A stretch of 63,292 nt of DNA, filler included, from Octopus bimaculoides (Eukaryota), in NCBI RefSeq assembly GCF_001194135.2. It is 5 parts of 4 records of this genome, joined end to end, with 100 filler letters (N's around TTAATTAATTAA, not from the genome) between each part and the next. Parts side by side here need not be neighbours in the genome. Positions count along the whole stretch, not along the records: positions 1 to 25,428 come from NC_068990.1; 4 more parts are not named here. One strand, written 5' to 3'. Below, piece after piece: positions 11,368 through 24,130 of the stretch. The notes beneath the pieces are model-generated. The model was given only the letters and a program-made list of their open reading frames with translations, did not search any database and was not told where the DNA came from. The first letter of the stretch is position 1. The number at the start of each line of letters is the position of its first letter. The position numbers were made by a program, and so were the translations under genes.

Positions 11368-11824
11368 GGCTGCGAGCTGGTAGAATCGTTAGAGCGCCGG
11401 GCGAAATGCTTAGTGTTATTTCAGACTGTGTGCCTTATATTCTTTTTATTTGTTTCATTCATTTGACTGCGGCCATGCTGGACACTGCTCTGAATATGAG
11501 CCTGCATATCAAGGGAATAATTTGAGAAGTGCAATCCGATTTATATCTGGTTCCCTGACAGGTCCCTTGGTCTTTCAATATCTTAGTATTCTTGCTGAAT
11601 ACAGGATTGCACTTTTCAGCCGGTCTTCAATGCCTGTTTCAATTCCAATCTCTCAGTCAGTCGCCTTGGTGTCGCGACAAGCGCAGCAACTGCTACAGGA
11701 ACAATTGTTTCCCTTGTTTCCCCACAATCTATTTACATTCCTTGCTAGATCATGATATATACGTGTGCAGACCGTTTGTGAATGTGTTAATAAACAGTTG
11801 TTGATGTATATATATACATACATA

Positions 11825-12162
11825 GGCGCAGGAGTGGCTGTGTGGTAAGTAGCTTGCTTACCAACCACATGGTTCCGGGTTCAGTCCCACTGCGTGGCAC
11901 CTTGGGCAAGTGTCTTCTATTATAGCCTTGAGCCGACCAAAGCCTTGTGAGTGGATTTGGTAGACGGAAACTGTAAAGAAGTCCATCGTATATATGTATA
12001 TGTATACATGTGTGTGTGTTTGTACGTCTGTGCTTGTCCCCCCACCCAACATCGCTTGACAACCGATGCTGGTTTATTTATGTCCCCGTAACTTAGCGGT
12101 TCGGCAAAATTGACCGATAGAATAAGTACTAGGCTTACAAAGAATAAGTCCTGGGGTCGATT
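11825..12162 (+). mobile_element. SINE family A, 3' truncated
   Basis: Near-consensus head and body up to ggggtcgatt. Confidence 0.9.
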
Positions 12163-12318
12163 CTGCATGGAACGTGCTCTGGCAAGGGCTGTGTGGATAG
12201 TGGAGAGGGGATATCCACGAGCCACGTGTTGAGACTGAGTCTCTGCAGAGCCTGCGCAGACGGAAGCATTGGGAGTAGGGGATGAAGAGCTTGGTGTTGG
12301 TAGGGTGGGAGTAGACAT
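12163..12318 (-). mobile_element. Penelope-like element, RT thumb fragment
   Basis: Two overlapping frames give HPTNTKLFIPYSQCFRLRRLC and RGYPLSTIHTALARARSM, matching the IPYSQ-x-LR-x-RRIC and RGYP motifs of Penelope RTs. Confidence 0.8.
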
Positions 12319-13264
12319 ACATATTTATATGTGTGCATATATATATTGTGTGTGAGAATATATATATATATATAGACACGCACACACTCACATATACACA
12401 TACATGTATACATGCGCACAAACACGCACACAACACACACAAGCACACACACAAGCACACACACACACACACATTGACATATAGCCAAACGTACATATGT
12501 TGCTAGTGGTTTAAAATCAGCCAACTGAAAGAGTAATACGTCGAGCGTTTATAATTTCCATGTAAACAAATGTATAGGAAGTCATATACCTCTTATTATA
12601 AACAAATCTCTGTATATGTGTGTGTGTATACATCTATGTCCACATATATGTGCATACATTCGTCTTCATTTGGGTTTACGTAAATGTATGTATGAATATG
12701 TGTGTGCATATTATTGAAGTTTTGTGTTTCTAATGAAGTACTTAATATAATATATTAGAAACCGATGCTTCTTAGATGGTGATTATGAGATTTTCGTTAT
12801 CGATGTTACATACGATTAATTTGGAGATGTGCGTGACAACATATGAGTAGAAATATTTCGTAGACTTATCGAAATATGATTAATCACCGAGATTTGTCAA
12901 GTTGCAGAAAACCTTTTAGACAACGTGTAACATTTTTAAAATTCAATTAGCATAACCTAAACGCGTGATATGATATATTCGTCTATTCACATGCAAAAAC
13001 ATGTGATATTTCCATGTTTCAGTAACATGTGTGTGAAACAAACAAACATACACAAGGGTGGTGGCTATTGTTGATAATGTTTTAGCGTTGCTGGATACTT
13101 GAATGTATTTTTTTTTACTTCATTCTTTCAGGGTATATCGAATCCATTATGTGGAAAATATACTGTTTTAAGTAAGATGATAACTGGAAAGTCTTCCTTA
13201 AACATCGATGGAAGTATTTTCAAGAATTCGCCAATTCTGCTACCAAAAATCTTAAAAGACTCGT

Positions 13265-13405
13265 TAGTAGTACCTGTGTTTCAAAGGGCCGGCCTTGTCA
13301 CACTCTGTGTCACGCTGAATCTCCCTGAGAACTACGTTATGGGTACACGTGTCTGTGGAGTGCTCAGCCACTTGCACGTTAATTTCACGAGCAGGCTGTT
13401 CCATT
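13265..13405 (+). mobile_element. SINE family D body fragment
   Basis: gtacctgtgtttcaaagggccggccttgtcacac..gaatctccctgagaactacgtt is homologous to 35455-35520. Confidence 0.75.
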
Positions 13406-13475
13406 GATCGTAGTTCTCTTTGAGAGTTGCTACAAATACATTGGACGCGAGAGTCTGCACGTTCGTTGTGGACTA

Positions 13476-14300
13476 TATTTATTTTATTACTATATCTATT
13501 TTATTACTATATCTATTTTATTACTATATCTATATTTATTTTATTACTATATTTATTTTATTACTATATCTATTTTATTACTATATCTATTTTATTACTA
13601 TATCTATTTTATTACTATATCTATATTTATTTTATNNNNNNNNNNNNNNNNNNNNNNNNNNNNNNNNNNNNNNNNNNNNNNNNNNNNNNNNNNNNNNNNN
13701 NNNNNNNNNNNNNNNNNNNNNNNNNNNNNNNNNNNNNNNNNNNNNNNNNNNNNNNNNNNNNNNNNNNNNNNNNNNNNNNNNNNNNNNNNNNNNNNNNNNN
13801 NNNNNNNNNNNNNNNNNNNNNNNNNNNNNNNNNNNNNNNNNNNNNNNNNNNNNNNNNNNNNNNNNNNNNNNNNNNNNNNNNNNNNNNNNNNNNNNNNNNN
13901 NNNNNNNNNNNNNNNNNNNNNNNNNNNNNNNNNNNNNNNNNNNNNNNNNNNNNNNNNNNNNNNNNNNNNNNNNNNNNNNNNNNNNNNNNNNNNNNNNNNN
14001 NNNNNNNNNNNNNNNNNNNNNNNNNNNNNNNNNNNNNNNNNNNNNNNNNNNNNNNNNNNNNNNNNNNNNNNNNNNNNNNNNNCTATATTTATTTTATTAC
14101 TATATCTATTTTATTACTATATCTATATTTATTTTATTACAATATCTATTTTATTACTATATCTATTTTATTACTATATCTATATTTATTTTATTACTAT
14201 ATCTATTTTATTACTATATCTATATTTATTTTATTACTATATTTATTTTATTACTATATCTATATTTATTTTATTACTATATCTATTTTATTACTACATC
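13476..14300. repeat. AT-rich minisatellite with 17- and 23-bp units, gapped
   Basis: Tandem tatctattttattacta and tatctatatttattttattacta on both sides of the gap. Confidence 0.95.
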
Positions 14301-14734
14301 TATTAAAGATATGACATCTATTGTGAACAGTGCATATTTCTAAGGCTTTAACAAATCCCGTCAACATTAGAATGAACAACTAAATTATGCAGAATATATG
14401 TTTCTCTTTATAATTTACGCTTTTGATTATTAGTGCTGACCTGTACATTAAGTACTCTATCTCCAAAGCAACAAACGTTCACCAGTCCATATACTGTAGC
14501 TTAATTTATCGAGCATTGCTTGCAGAAAGTGTTACTTAAGCTGCAAATAAAAGCGTAACTATTGAAGTTTTCTGCAAAGAATGTTTAAATACTATAACAA
14601 AAACGGGACAAAAAATGCATCGAGTTTACTGCAACGATTTTTTAAATTTCACTTTTCCAACTAAATGGAAAATTTTTATCCATTAAAAAAATAATAATTG
14701 GCGTATACATATCAAAAGAACTTAACAGACGACA

Positions 14735-15010
14735 ATGAAAGCATACGGACAGATGGACGATACAAAGACGGATAGGAAAACCAGGACGGAACATTCGTGG
14801 CTTTCTATTCATCAGTCAAACTTCCAATCATCACTACAGTTTCGGCCTGTTACACTTGAGACTGTACAAATCTGGCTGGCCCCAAAAATCTAAGCTAAGG
14901 GCATCAAAGTTTTGAAAGAAAGCGAGCGAATATGTGCGACAATATGAACAAAAAACAACAAACAAACAAGAAAATGGAGAAAATGTTAAACGATTAAAAA
15001 TACAAAGAAT
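14735..15010 (-). mobile_element. Second, diverged copy of the 9725-9975 repeat
   Basis: Colinear shared blocks with 9725-9975. Confidence 0.55.
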
Positions 15011-15977
15011 AACAATATATATATATATATATATATATANNNNNNNNNNNNNNNNNNNNNNNNNNNNNNNNNNNNNNNNNNNNNNNNNNNNNNNNNNNNN
15101 NNNNNNNNNNNNNNNNNNNNNNNNNNNNNNNNNNNNNNNNNNNNNNNNNNNNNNNNNNNNNNNNNNNNNNNNNNNNNNNNNNNNNNNNNNNNNNNNNNNN
15201 NNNNNNNNNNNNNNNNNNNNNNNNNNNNNNNNNNNNNNNNNNNNNNNNNNNNNNNTGTGTGTATGTGTGTATGTGTATGTATAAATATCTATATCTGTGT
15301 CTATGTATGTATATATGTATATCTACAGGGCATCCATAAATTACCTTTATAATTTGAAAAATTCAGAAAAAAAAATGAAAAATAAGGAAATATTCAGCAG
15401 ATTTTATTGGAAAACAGGCACTACCACCACCACCACCACCACCATTACTACCACCACCGCCACTAGTACCACCACCACCACCATCACCACCACCGGCACA
15501 AGCAGCAGCAGCAGCACCACCACCACCACCACCATCACTAACACCCACCTCCCCTCCGCCACGCCACTTCTTTCTGTTAATCGACAGATGTTTCAGATTT
15601 ACCATTCCAATGCAAGCTGGCCGTTGTGACATCTGTGCCAGTCACCAATTAAACAACACAATAACGGAAACTGTTGCCACGCCTAAATCAAGAAATAGTA
15701 AGTTGATCACTTCTCACGCGTAAAGTTCTTTAGATTTCTTTCTTCTTTTGATTGATTCACTTCTATTGTTGTACTTGTTATTGTTGCTGGTGTTAATAAA
15801 ACTGTTTTTGTCACCGTTGCGTATTTTCTTTGCATTTTCGGTTATGATCGATTTGCTTTAAAGCAGTCCTTTCTATCCTTTTCTCTGCCTCAAATCCCTG
15901 GGAAATGTACATACAACAGCACTATACGCTCTTACAGTACATACAACAATATTATACACCCTACTATATATATATAC

Positions 15978-16110
15978 TCTTTTCTACTCTAGGCACAANN
16001 NNNNNNNNATATTATACCGACCCCGAAAGGATGAAAGGCGAAGTCGACTTCGGCGGAATTTGAACTCAGAACGTAAAGACAAACGAAATACCGCTAAGCT
16101 TTTCTGCCGG
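15978..16110 (-). mobile_element. SINE family B, partial
   Basis: gaccccgaaaggatgaaaggcgaagtcgacttcggcggaatttgaactcagaacg. Confidence 0.8.
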
Positions 16111-16339
16111 TTTCCTACTGTATATATATATATATATTATATCACAACACATCCTACATCAGTACACATCCATTTTATTAAGTGATGATGTTGAATACTT
16201 GTAACGAAAAATGAAGTTAAGTACATGTACTTAATTTCCTTTTATTTGAAAGTACACATGCACTTCAAAATATACGCAGAATGTGTGTGTGCGTGCTCGT
16301 GTCTGTGCGTGCAATCAATTTAAGTTCAGCTTGCTTGCT

Positions 16340-16472
16340 AAAATGGCTGCTGCTCCGTTTCATTTGCATACTTCACTGAACTGAGCGGAACGCTGTTTAA
16401 TGCAAATTGCTCTCCCCTCTTTCTTCTTGGAGCCATTGTAGTTGCAATTGGGGCGAGGCCGGAAATGACTAA
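16340..16472. promoter_or_regulatory. Candidate cis-regulatory motif cluster
   Basis: YY1-like AAAATGGCTG, two opposed octamers, ATTGG, a GC-box-like site and an ETS-like CCGGAAAT within 135 bp. Motif matching only. Confidence 0.35.
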
Positions 16473-17552
16473 CACAATAAAATTACATTGTGAAGCCATG
16501 TCTGCTACAATATGGAATTCATCTCGAGACAATAGCACTATGTCGAAAAATAGTGCGTATTCCTCTGTAGCTAGGCGTATATAACTACCCAAATTGTGGC
16601 ATCTGGTATAGATTAAAAGGAAGGGTGTGCGCTGCTGAAGATACCCATCGGGTCGAATCTGTCAACAGTCCCATGGTATTTCGTCTTTCTTTAAGCCAAG
16701 TTCCGATCGTCAAGTCACCGTGCTTTATACACACACATGCGCGCGCACATAATTTTTAGCTGAGTCAATTTTGACCAGAAAGTGGCGCATTGTTGCTGTG
16801 ATATTTGATGCGCGCGCACACATATACATACACACATACGCACACAAATACACACACGCACACACACACACCACACAAGCCCATCACTTGTCTTATTGCG
16901 TGTATTAGTACATTAAATGACTAACAATGACATGCAGTCTCGTCCCGTGTATATTTTTTTGTATATCATCACTTCCCACCCTTCCGTATTGCTCCACAAA
17001 AATGAAAACTAACCCGGGGTTGATGTCTCTACCAGGGTCCCCTATTGTCACCTTTCTGCTGTGCTGCCTCATATATTGGGATGTGAATTAATGAATAGTG
17101 TATGACCTCAGCCTCGGTTATTGATGCTTCTGCAGGGTTTCCCTCGACCAGTAAATGCAATGTTACTTCAGATGTCTCCCAGGGGTTCCCTCCTGAACCC
17201 TCGCTTTTGGCGAGGAATAGGTAAATTAACTATTTTTTTTTGTTATGTTTGTTTTCGAAAATATTCCTTGGGAATGGAGTGACTGTTAACGGTGTTACCA
17301 TGGTTCCTTCTGGATTTCTGCCGTATCGAAATTTAAATACTTGCGTCTGAACAACAACAACAACAACAACAACAGCAGCAGCAGCAGCAGCCGGAATCTT
17401 TACCTTGCAGATAGACTACTAACATCAAGATCTATTATTAAAAGAAAAGGAGTTTTCCACGTGGATTGACTATCCCCGGTGTTGTTTTGATTTCTCTTGC
17501 ATCCAGACTAATAAGCAGCAGATACAACTCATAGAATGGCAAGCTGAACCAC

Positions 17553-17653
<101 letters not shown>

Positions 17654-17688
17654 GATAGAGATAGAGAGAGAGAGTTAAAAGACAAAAA

Positions 17689-17970
17689 GCTTGACATTGT
17701 CAGCAAGGGAAAAAAAGGCTTAACATTTATTGACATTGCAAAATCTTCGGAAACACTTGAATGAAACTCAGAGAAGCTTTCCAAGATCAAAGAGCTAGAG
17801 ATTGAAGTCAACAAGATGAGCAATGTGAAGATCGAAGTATCACCGGTGGTCATTAAAGCACTGGGACACACGTAGAAGGGAATGGAAAAGTTCACCAACT
17901 GTTTCCCGGGCAACATCAATATTCCTGCAACTCATAAGACCACACTACAGGAAATAATTTGCATACTATC
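17689..17970 (+). mobile_element. R4/Dong-like non-LTR retrotransposon, restriction-like endonuclease fragment
   Basis: KLDIVSKGKKGLTFIDIA..EKLSKIKELEIEVNKMSNVKIEVSPVVIKALG with in-frame stops. Matches the PD..IDIA..EK..KY-x-x-L..PVVIGALG pattern. Confidence 0.8.
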
Positions 17971-18299
17971 GTGTAAAATATCAAATACATTTATTCCATA
18001 GATATTGAATAACAGTAGCAGTATAAAACACGGTATAAGAAATAAAGATCCCTAAAACGAGGGGTCGCAACCACATAGGGGGCGTTGAGGTACCTCACAA
18101 ACAATCCCAGATAACCCTAACATACTTAAGGCAAGTTGTTTCTTGTCCTTTCTGCAAGTCCATAGTTACATTGATATAGGAGACTAACTGAACCACACCA
18201 ATTTGCCAACTCTCATTTTTTATGAAGTTAATGGGGATAATAACTTCTTCATTGCATATTACATGAAAAAATTAAGGAGGGTTTGGCCTGAAAAGAAAA

Positions 18300-18530
18300 G
18301 ATTCTGTTCTCAATTCAAAGACGTCTGATTTCTCCCAATCAGAGGAAGAGTACCTTCTCTTCTTTGCCGAAGGTAGGTTGATTTTCAAAATACACTCTGC
18401 TGATAGATGGATTTACCCAATACATTATGAGAGCTGTTTGAAATAAGCCCATAGATCAGCACTGCATAAACGTTGACTAGAAACTACCGAAAAGTCTCGT
18501 CACTGTGCATATTGGCCACGTTCTGTTAAA
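18300..18530 (-). mobile_element. Possible L1/Tx1-like LINE 3' coding relic
   Basis: ADLWAYFKQL..IHLSAECILKINLP and FGKEEKVLFL across frameshifts and stops. Similarity is recalled, not computed. Confidence 0.4.
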
Positions 18531-19191
18531 GTGATAAAAAAACGAGAGGATATAAAGAGAAACAGAGAGAAGGGAAATAGAAAAAGAGAGATTAAACGAA
18601 AGGTCAAACACTTGCGGTGTGTTTAAATAACCGTAGATATATGAGAAGAGAGAGAGAGAGAGAGAGAGAGAGGAGAAGGTCGTACAAAGATGGGTGACGT
18701 TTAAAATAGATTTAAGGGAGATATAAAAGGTGAAATATTAGAAATATGAAACAGAAAAACGAAACAAAGAACAATAGAGAAGGAAAACAAACTCATTCAC
18801 ACACGGACACATATCCATACATGGTTTAGTGTATATGTTTATATATAGATACATATCCACACACACACACACACACGCAGAAGCATATGAAATGTGTCTA
18901 TGCATAAATACATCTACTAGCCCCTACACATATATATATATATATACAGACACACATATACATACATATTCAAATGTGTGTGTCTGCGTGTTATATATAT
19001 GCATGTATATATATATATATATANNNNNNNNNNNNNNNNNNNNNNNNNNNNNNNNNNNNNNNNNNNNNNNNNNNNNNNNNNNNNNNNNNNNNNNNNNNNN
19101 NNNNNNNNNNNNNNNNNNNNNNNNNNNNNNNNNNNNNNNNNNNNNNNNNNNNNNNNNNNNNNNNNNNNNNNNNNNNNNNNNNACAGATATG

Positions 19192-19316
<125 letters not shown>

Positions 19317-19726
19317 ATGTATGTATGTATGTATGTATGTATTCAGATGTGCGTATGCCTGTGTCTTATGAATAAATATCCAATTACGTATGTTGAGGTG
19401 GCGGTGTCATTTCAAAGTTCTTGTTATGGTTCATACAAATCGCTCTTGACAGGTCGTAACGAAATCTTTCTGTCTAGTTATATGAGTTAATGTCTCTTTA
19501 TTTTATAAATCTCTTATTTGTTTAACTTTAGCTCCCATCTCCCTCCCTATTAGTCTTGCATTCTTCGTTGACCGTTTCATTGTTGAGTCTATTGTGCCTT
19601 ATAATCTATCTCTTCATTACAGACACCTTCTATGTATGCGTGTAATGTAATCGTTATTTTGGCATGTGGTTGTGTGCGTGAATGTGTACATGTTTGTATA
19701 TGTGTGTATGTACTCTCTCTCTCTCT

Positions 19727-19914
19727 CTCTTTTACTTGTTTCAGTCATTTGACTGCGGCCATGCTGGAGCACCGCCTTTAGTCAAGCAAATCGACCCCGG
19801 GACTTATTCTTTGGAAGCCTAGTACTTATTCTATCGGTCTCTTATTGCCGAACCGCTGAGTGACGGGGACATAAACAAACCAGCATCGGTTGTCAAGCAA
19901 TGCTAGGGGGACAA

Positions 19915-19953
<39 letters not shown>

Positions 19954-20130
19954 CATATACATATATACGACGGGTTTCTTTCAGTTTCCGCCTACCAAAT
20001 CCACTCACAAGGCTTTAGTCGGGCCGAGGCTATAGTAGAAGATTCATGCCCTAGACGCCACGCAGTGGGACTGAACCGGGATCCATGTGGGTGGTAAGCA
20101 AGCTACTTACCACACAGCCACTCCTGCGCC
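19727..20130 (-). mobile_element. SINE family A, full length
   Basis: Complete head, internal (TA)/(TG) tract and tail on the minus strand. Confidence 0.9.
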
Positions 20131-20454
20131 TATGTATGTGTAAACATGTGTGCGTATTTGCCTGTATGATTGTGTGTAAATGTGTCCTATGCGACTGTTT
20201 GCATATGCATGTCTTTGAGATTGTGAATGCATATGCATACATACGTATGGACGTATGTACACACACGCATGTGTTGCTCAGGGTCATAACGTGCCGCCGG
20301 GAATTGAACTCACGACCTTACGATCGTGAACCGGTTACCCTAACCACTAAGCTGTGTGTGTGTGTGTGTGTGTGTGTGAGTGTGTGNNNNNNNNNNACCG
20401 GTTACCCTAACCACTAAGCTGTGTGTGTGTGTGTGTGTGTGTGTGAGTGTGTGT

Positions 20455-20492
<38 letters not shown>

Positions 20493-20875
20493 GTAAACCG
20501 CGACTGGGGTACGTAAAGCGACGTCTTAATGAGACGACAAAAGATGTAAAACAGGACGGGCTGTTAACTATAGCATTAAACACCGATAGGTGACACAGGT
20601 GACCCGTGAACATCAAATACTGACAGTTATCTGAATGTCCGTTAACAGATTTCACCTCGTCTCGAGGCTTAGTTTTCAAGCAGTTTCCGTTTGAATAAGC
20701 CGCGAGACAAAGTCCTACATGAAGCCACAAGCGACGCCTTTACATAATATATCGGAGTCTGTTAGAAATGTTCTGTCTTGTCGAACAGTAAATAACTTTT
20801 GTTACTTACTATTTAAAGAAAAAAACTAACGTTAACACACGCACGCACATACACACACACATATATACATTTATA

Positions 20876-21103
20876 GGCGGCGAGCTGGCAGAAACGTTAG
20901 CACGCCGGGCGAAATGCTTAGCGGTATATTACGTTCTGAGTTCAAATTCCGCCGAGGTCGACTTTGCTTTTCATCCTTTCGGGGTCGATTAGATAAGTAC
21001 CAGTTACGCACTGGGGTCGGTATAATCNNNNNNNNNNTTAATCCGTTTGTCTGTCCTTGTTTGTCCCCTCTGTGTGTAGCCCCTTGTGGGTAGTAAAGAA
21101 ATA
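20876..21103 (+). mobile_element. SINE family B (B2 tail)
   Basis: ggcggcgagctggcagaaacgttagcacgccgggcgaaatg..ttaatccgtttgtctgtccttgtttgtcccctctgtgtgtagcccc. Confidence 0.9.
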
Positions 21104-21925
21104 ACACATATATACGTGCATAGGGAGAAAGGGAGAGAGGGAGAGCGAGGAAGGGAGAGAGTGTGTGTGTGTTTGTGTGTGTATGTGTGTGAGAGTGAAA
21201 GAATCTGTGGTAATATGCCATACGGTTTCACCATCATGGGTAATATCCAGACGACAGTAGGAAAGGCAAGTCAATGAATTTGGTTAAAAAGAGACGATCA
21301 GCAATGGATAGAAAAATATCGAGTGAAACCTACTAACGAGTTGATCTTGCAAGCGGGGCCTCATTTCAGTGAGGAGGTGCGCATTGATGCAGTCGAGAGT
21401 AAGGCCCCGAAATGGCGCTCATTCTCTCCTTATGACCCCATAAACTTGCTAGCATGAGGCAAAATTCAAAAATATGTACTGGGGTCGATTCGTACGACTA
21501 AAATTCTTCAAGGCAATGCCCCTGCATGGTCGCAGTCTAATGATTGAATTAAGTAAAAGACAAATGATACGCGCACAAGCTATTGTTCTCTTACTCCTTC
21601 ATAAAACTGCTTATTACGAAGTGTCAAAAAGTTCCGTCTTTCTTCTGCAGGTTGATTACTTACCTAATTCCACAATGTTTGCTGAAAATCTGTTACTCGC
21701 GAGTTTTATAAGCCTTGTAAATTGTCACTGTCCTCCAACGTACTACTTGTAGCGAAAACCCACGGAGATTATAAAAACTTACCAGTAACTGATTTTCAAC
21801 AGACGCAGTGGACGGGCCATCGTTATGATACATGTTTTTAAACCGTAATTTTAAAACAGGATTAGCTTTTCGAAGGAATTTCTTGGCCTCCTCCCACAAA
21901 ATTTCGGACCTTGTGCCTAGAGTAG

Positions 21926-22154
21926 AAAAGATCATTATTATTATTATTATTATTTTATGTTTGACTTTTGTTTTGCATTTGTACAAGTTGGATCCAAGTC
22001 TCACCCAGAGACCTCAAGAGACAACAAGTTAGAAGTTCATGTAGGTGTTATGCCTAGGGTACCATATATTTGGATTTGTACAGTTTTGTTCAAGTGAATG
22101 TTTAAGAAACCATAAGAAAATTATGTTTGCTTTAAAATTTGAGATCACATAGAC
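21926..22154 (-). mobile_element. Probable LINE 3' UTR with an (AAT)n tail, R4/Dong-like
   Basis: Reverse complement ends ..tacaaatgcaaaacaaaagtcaaacataa(aat)n. Family assignment is from recall; the upstream part is in a gap. Confidence 0.45.
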
Positions 22155-22583
22155 NNNNNNNNNNNNNNNNNNNNNNNNNNNNNNNNNNNNNNNNNNNNNN
22201 NNNNNNNNNNNNNNNNNNNNNNNNNNNNNNNNNNNNNNNNNNNNNNNNNNNNNNNNNNNNNNNNNNNNNNNNNNNNNNNNNNNNNNNNNNNNNNNNNNNN
22301 NNNNNNNNNNNNNNNNNNNNNNNNNNNNNNNNNNNNNNNNNNNNNNNNNNNNNNNNNNNNNNNNNNNNNNNNNNNNNNNNNNNNNNNNNNNNNNNNNNNN
22401 NNNNNNNNNNNNNNNNNNNNNNNNNNNNNNNNNNNNNNNNNNNNNNNNNNNNNNNNNNNNNNNNNNNNNNNNNNNNNNNNNNNNNNNNNNNNNNNNNNNN
22501 NNNNNNNNNNNNNNNNNNNNNNNNNNNNNNNNNNNNNNNNNNNNNNNNNNNNNNNNNNNNNNNNNNNNNNNNNNNNNNNNNNN

Positions 22584-22695
<112 letters not shown>

Positions 22696-22912
22696 AGCGG
22701 CGAGCTGGCAGAACCGTTAGCACACTGGATGAAGTGTTCAGCGATATTTCACCCGTCGCTACACTTTGAGTTCAAATTCCACCGAGGTCAACTTTGCCTT
22801 TGATCCTTTCGAGGTCGACAAATTAAGTACCAGTGAATCACCGGGGATCGATGTAATCGACTTGTCCCCTCCCCTCAAATTTAGGGCCTCGTACCTTTAG
22901 TAGAAATGATTA
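22696..22912 (+). mobile_element. SINE family B (B1 tail) after (ATT)n
   Basis: gcggcgagctggcagaaccgttagc..cccctcccctcaaatttagggcctcgtacctttagtagaaatgattatt. Confidence 0.85.
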
Positions 22913-23292
22913 TTGTTACTCTGCTGTCTATTACTTTAGTTAGCCACTAATACATAGTTGATGATGTTTCATAAAGAAGATTGCTTCACTTCATTATTCT
23001 GTCATATTTTCTTTCCACTATATCTGAAATACTGCTTCCTTTCTATGTTTTTGACATCAGCTTCCTGTTATCTGCGTTTTCAGAATTTCCTGTTTGTCGT
23101 TTAAATACAGATGGGGAGAACGTGTTTTTCTTTTGGCTTTAACTTGTGTAAAATGGCTATAGAATCGCTAAGTGGAGACCCTAAAACTATTATATACCTA
23201 CACACAAATATATTTGCATAAATACAAATATGTACACATATATGCGTGCATTCATGCTTTACACACATGCTCACACGCATGCACAAAGCATA

Positions 23293-23329
<37 letters not shown>

Positions 23330-23351
23330 ATCCTTCATACACACACACACA

Positions 23352-23389
<38 letters not shown>

Positions 23390-23397
23390 CATATGCA

Positions 23398-23452
<55 letters not shown>

Positions 23453-24057
23453 ACACATTCAATTAGAGGTTAAATTAACTTCGTTAAGGGATGGTATTAT
23501 CCAGTGAAGTACTGGTTCAATATCTAATATTTATTGGGAATAATAATATTCGTAAAATAATAGGTTTGTATATAAACCATGGTTTATAATTATTCAAATT
23601 AAAATAAGAAAATGGAGATGTAGCATTTAATAAAGATTTATTATCAGCAAAATTCAAACATTGTCCCTTACAGCTGTTTCAATTAAGCCCAATAAAGATT
23701 AAATAAACATTATTAAAATCATTTTGGGAGGTAAAATATATTCAGAAGGGTACCTTTCCGTCGGTTTATTAATTTTTCTGCGCCCTTTCTTTCGTGGTTC
23801 CTTTCTTTCTTACTTTTCATCATTCAGAGCTGAGATTCTATCATGAAATATTTAAACCTAACTTAGCATCATTTTTAATATGTATCACTCATGTGTCATC
23901 TATACTTACTAAAAATATATTTCATTAAAAGTCAAAAGAACCAGTTATTATTTGACTTAGCTGTAAGTAATTATCCTCACCAAATTAAGGTTAAGATTAG
24001 AAATATGTGATTTATGCATCAATTTTTCCCAGAATGCTCATAACATAAATAGAAGTA

Positions 24058-24130
24058 AGGACAATATCTTTTATTTTCACAATATCTTTTATTTTCACAA
24101 TATCTTTTATTTTCACAATATCTTTTATAT
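24058..24130. repeat. 18-bp tandem repeat x4
   Basis: acaatatcttttattttc repeated. Confidence 0.9.

Noticed and set aside
16338-16592. 84-aa minus-strand ORF
   Set aside because: No recognisable domain, no ATG start and no convincing in-frame gene context. Not supportable as a CDS.
17003-17220. Apparent signal-peptide exon plus a second exon
   Set aside because: The implied intron is only about 54 bp, and VTSDVSQG/SLLNP resembles a frameshifted LINE RT motif (VTSGVPQGS-x-LGP). More likely a decayed repeat.
20407-20730. ORF MWLHVGLCLAAYS..
   Set aside because: It starts at TTG with an in-frame TAA a few codons upstream and runs into a (CA)n tract.
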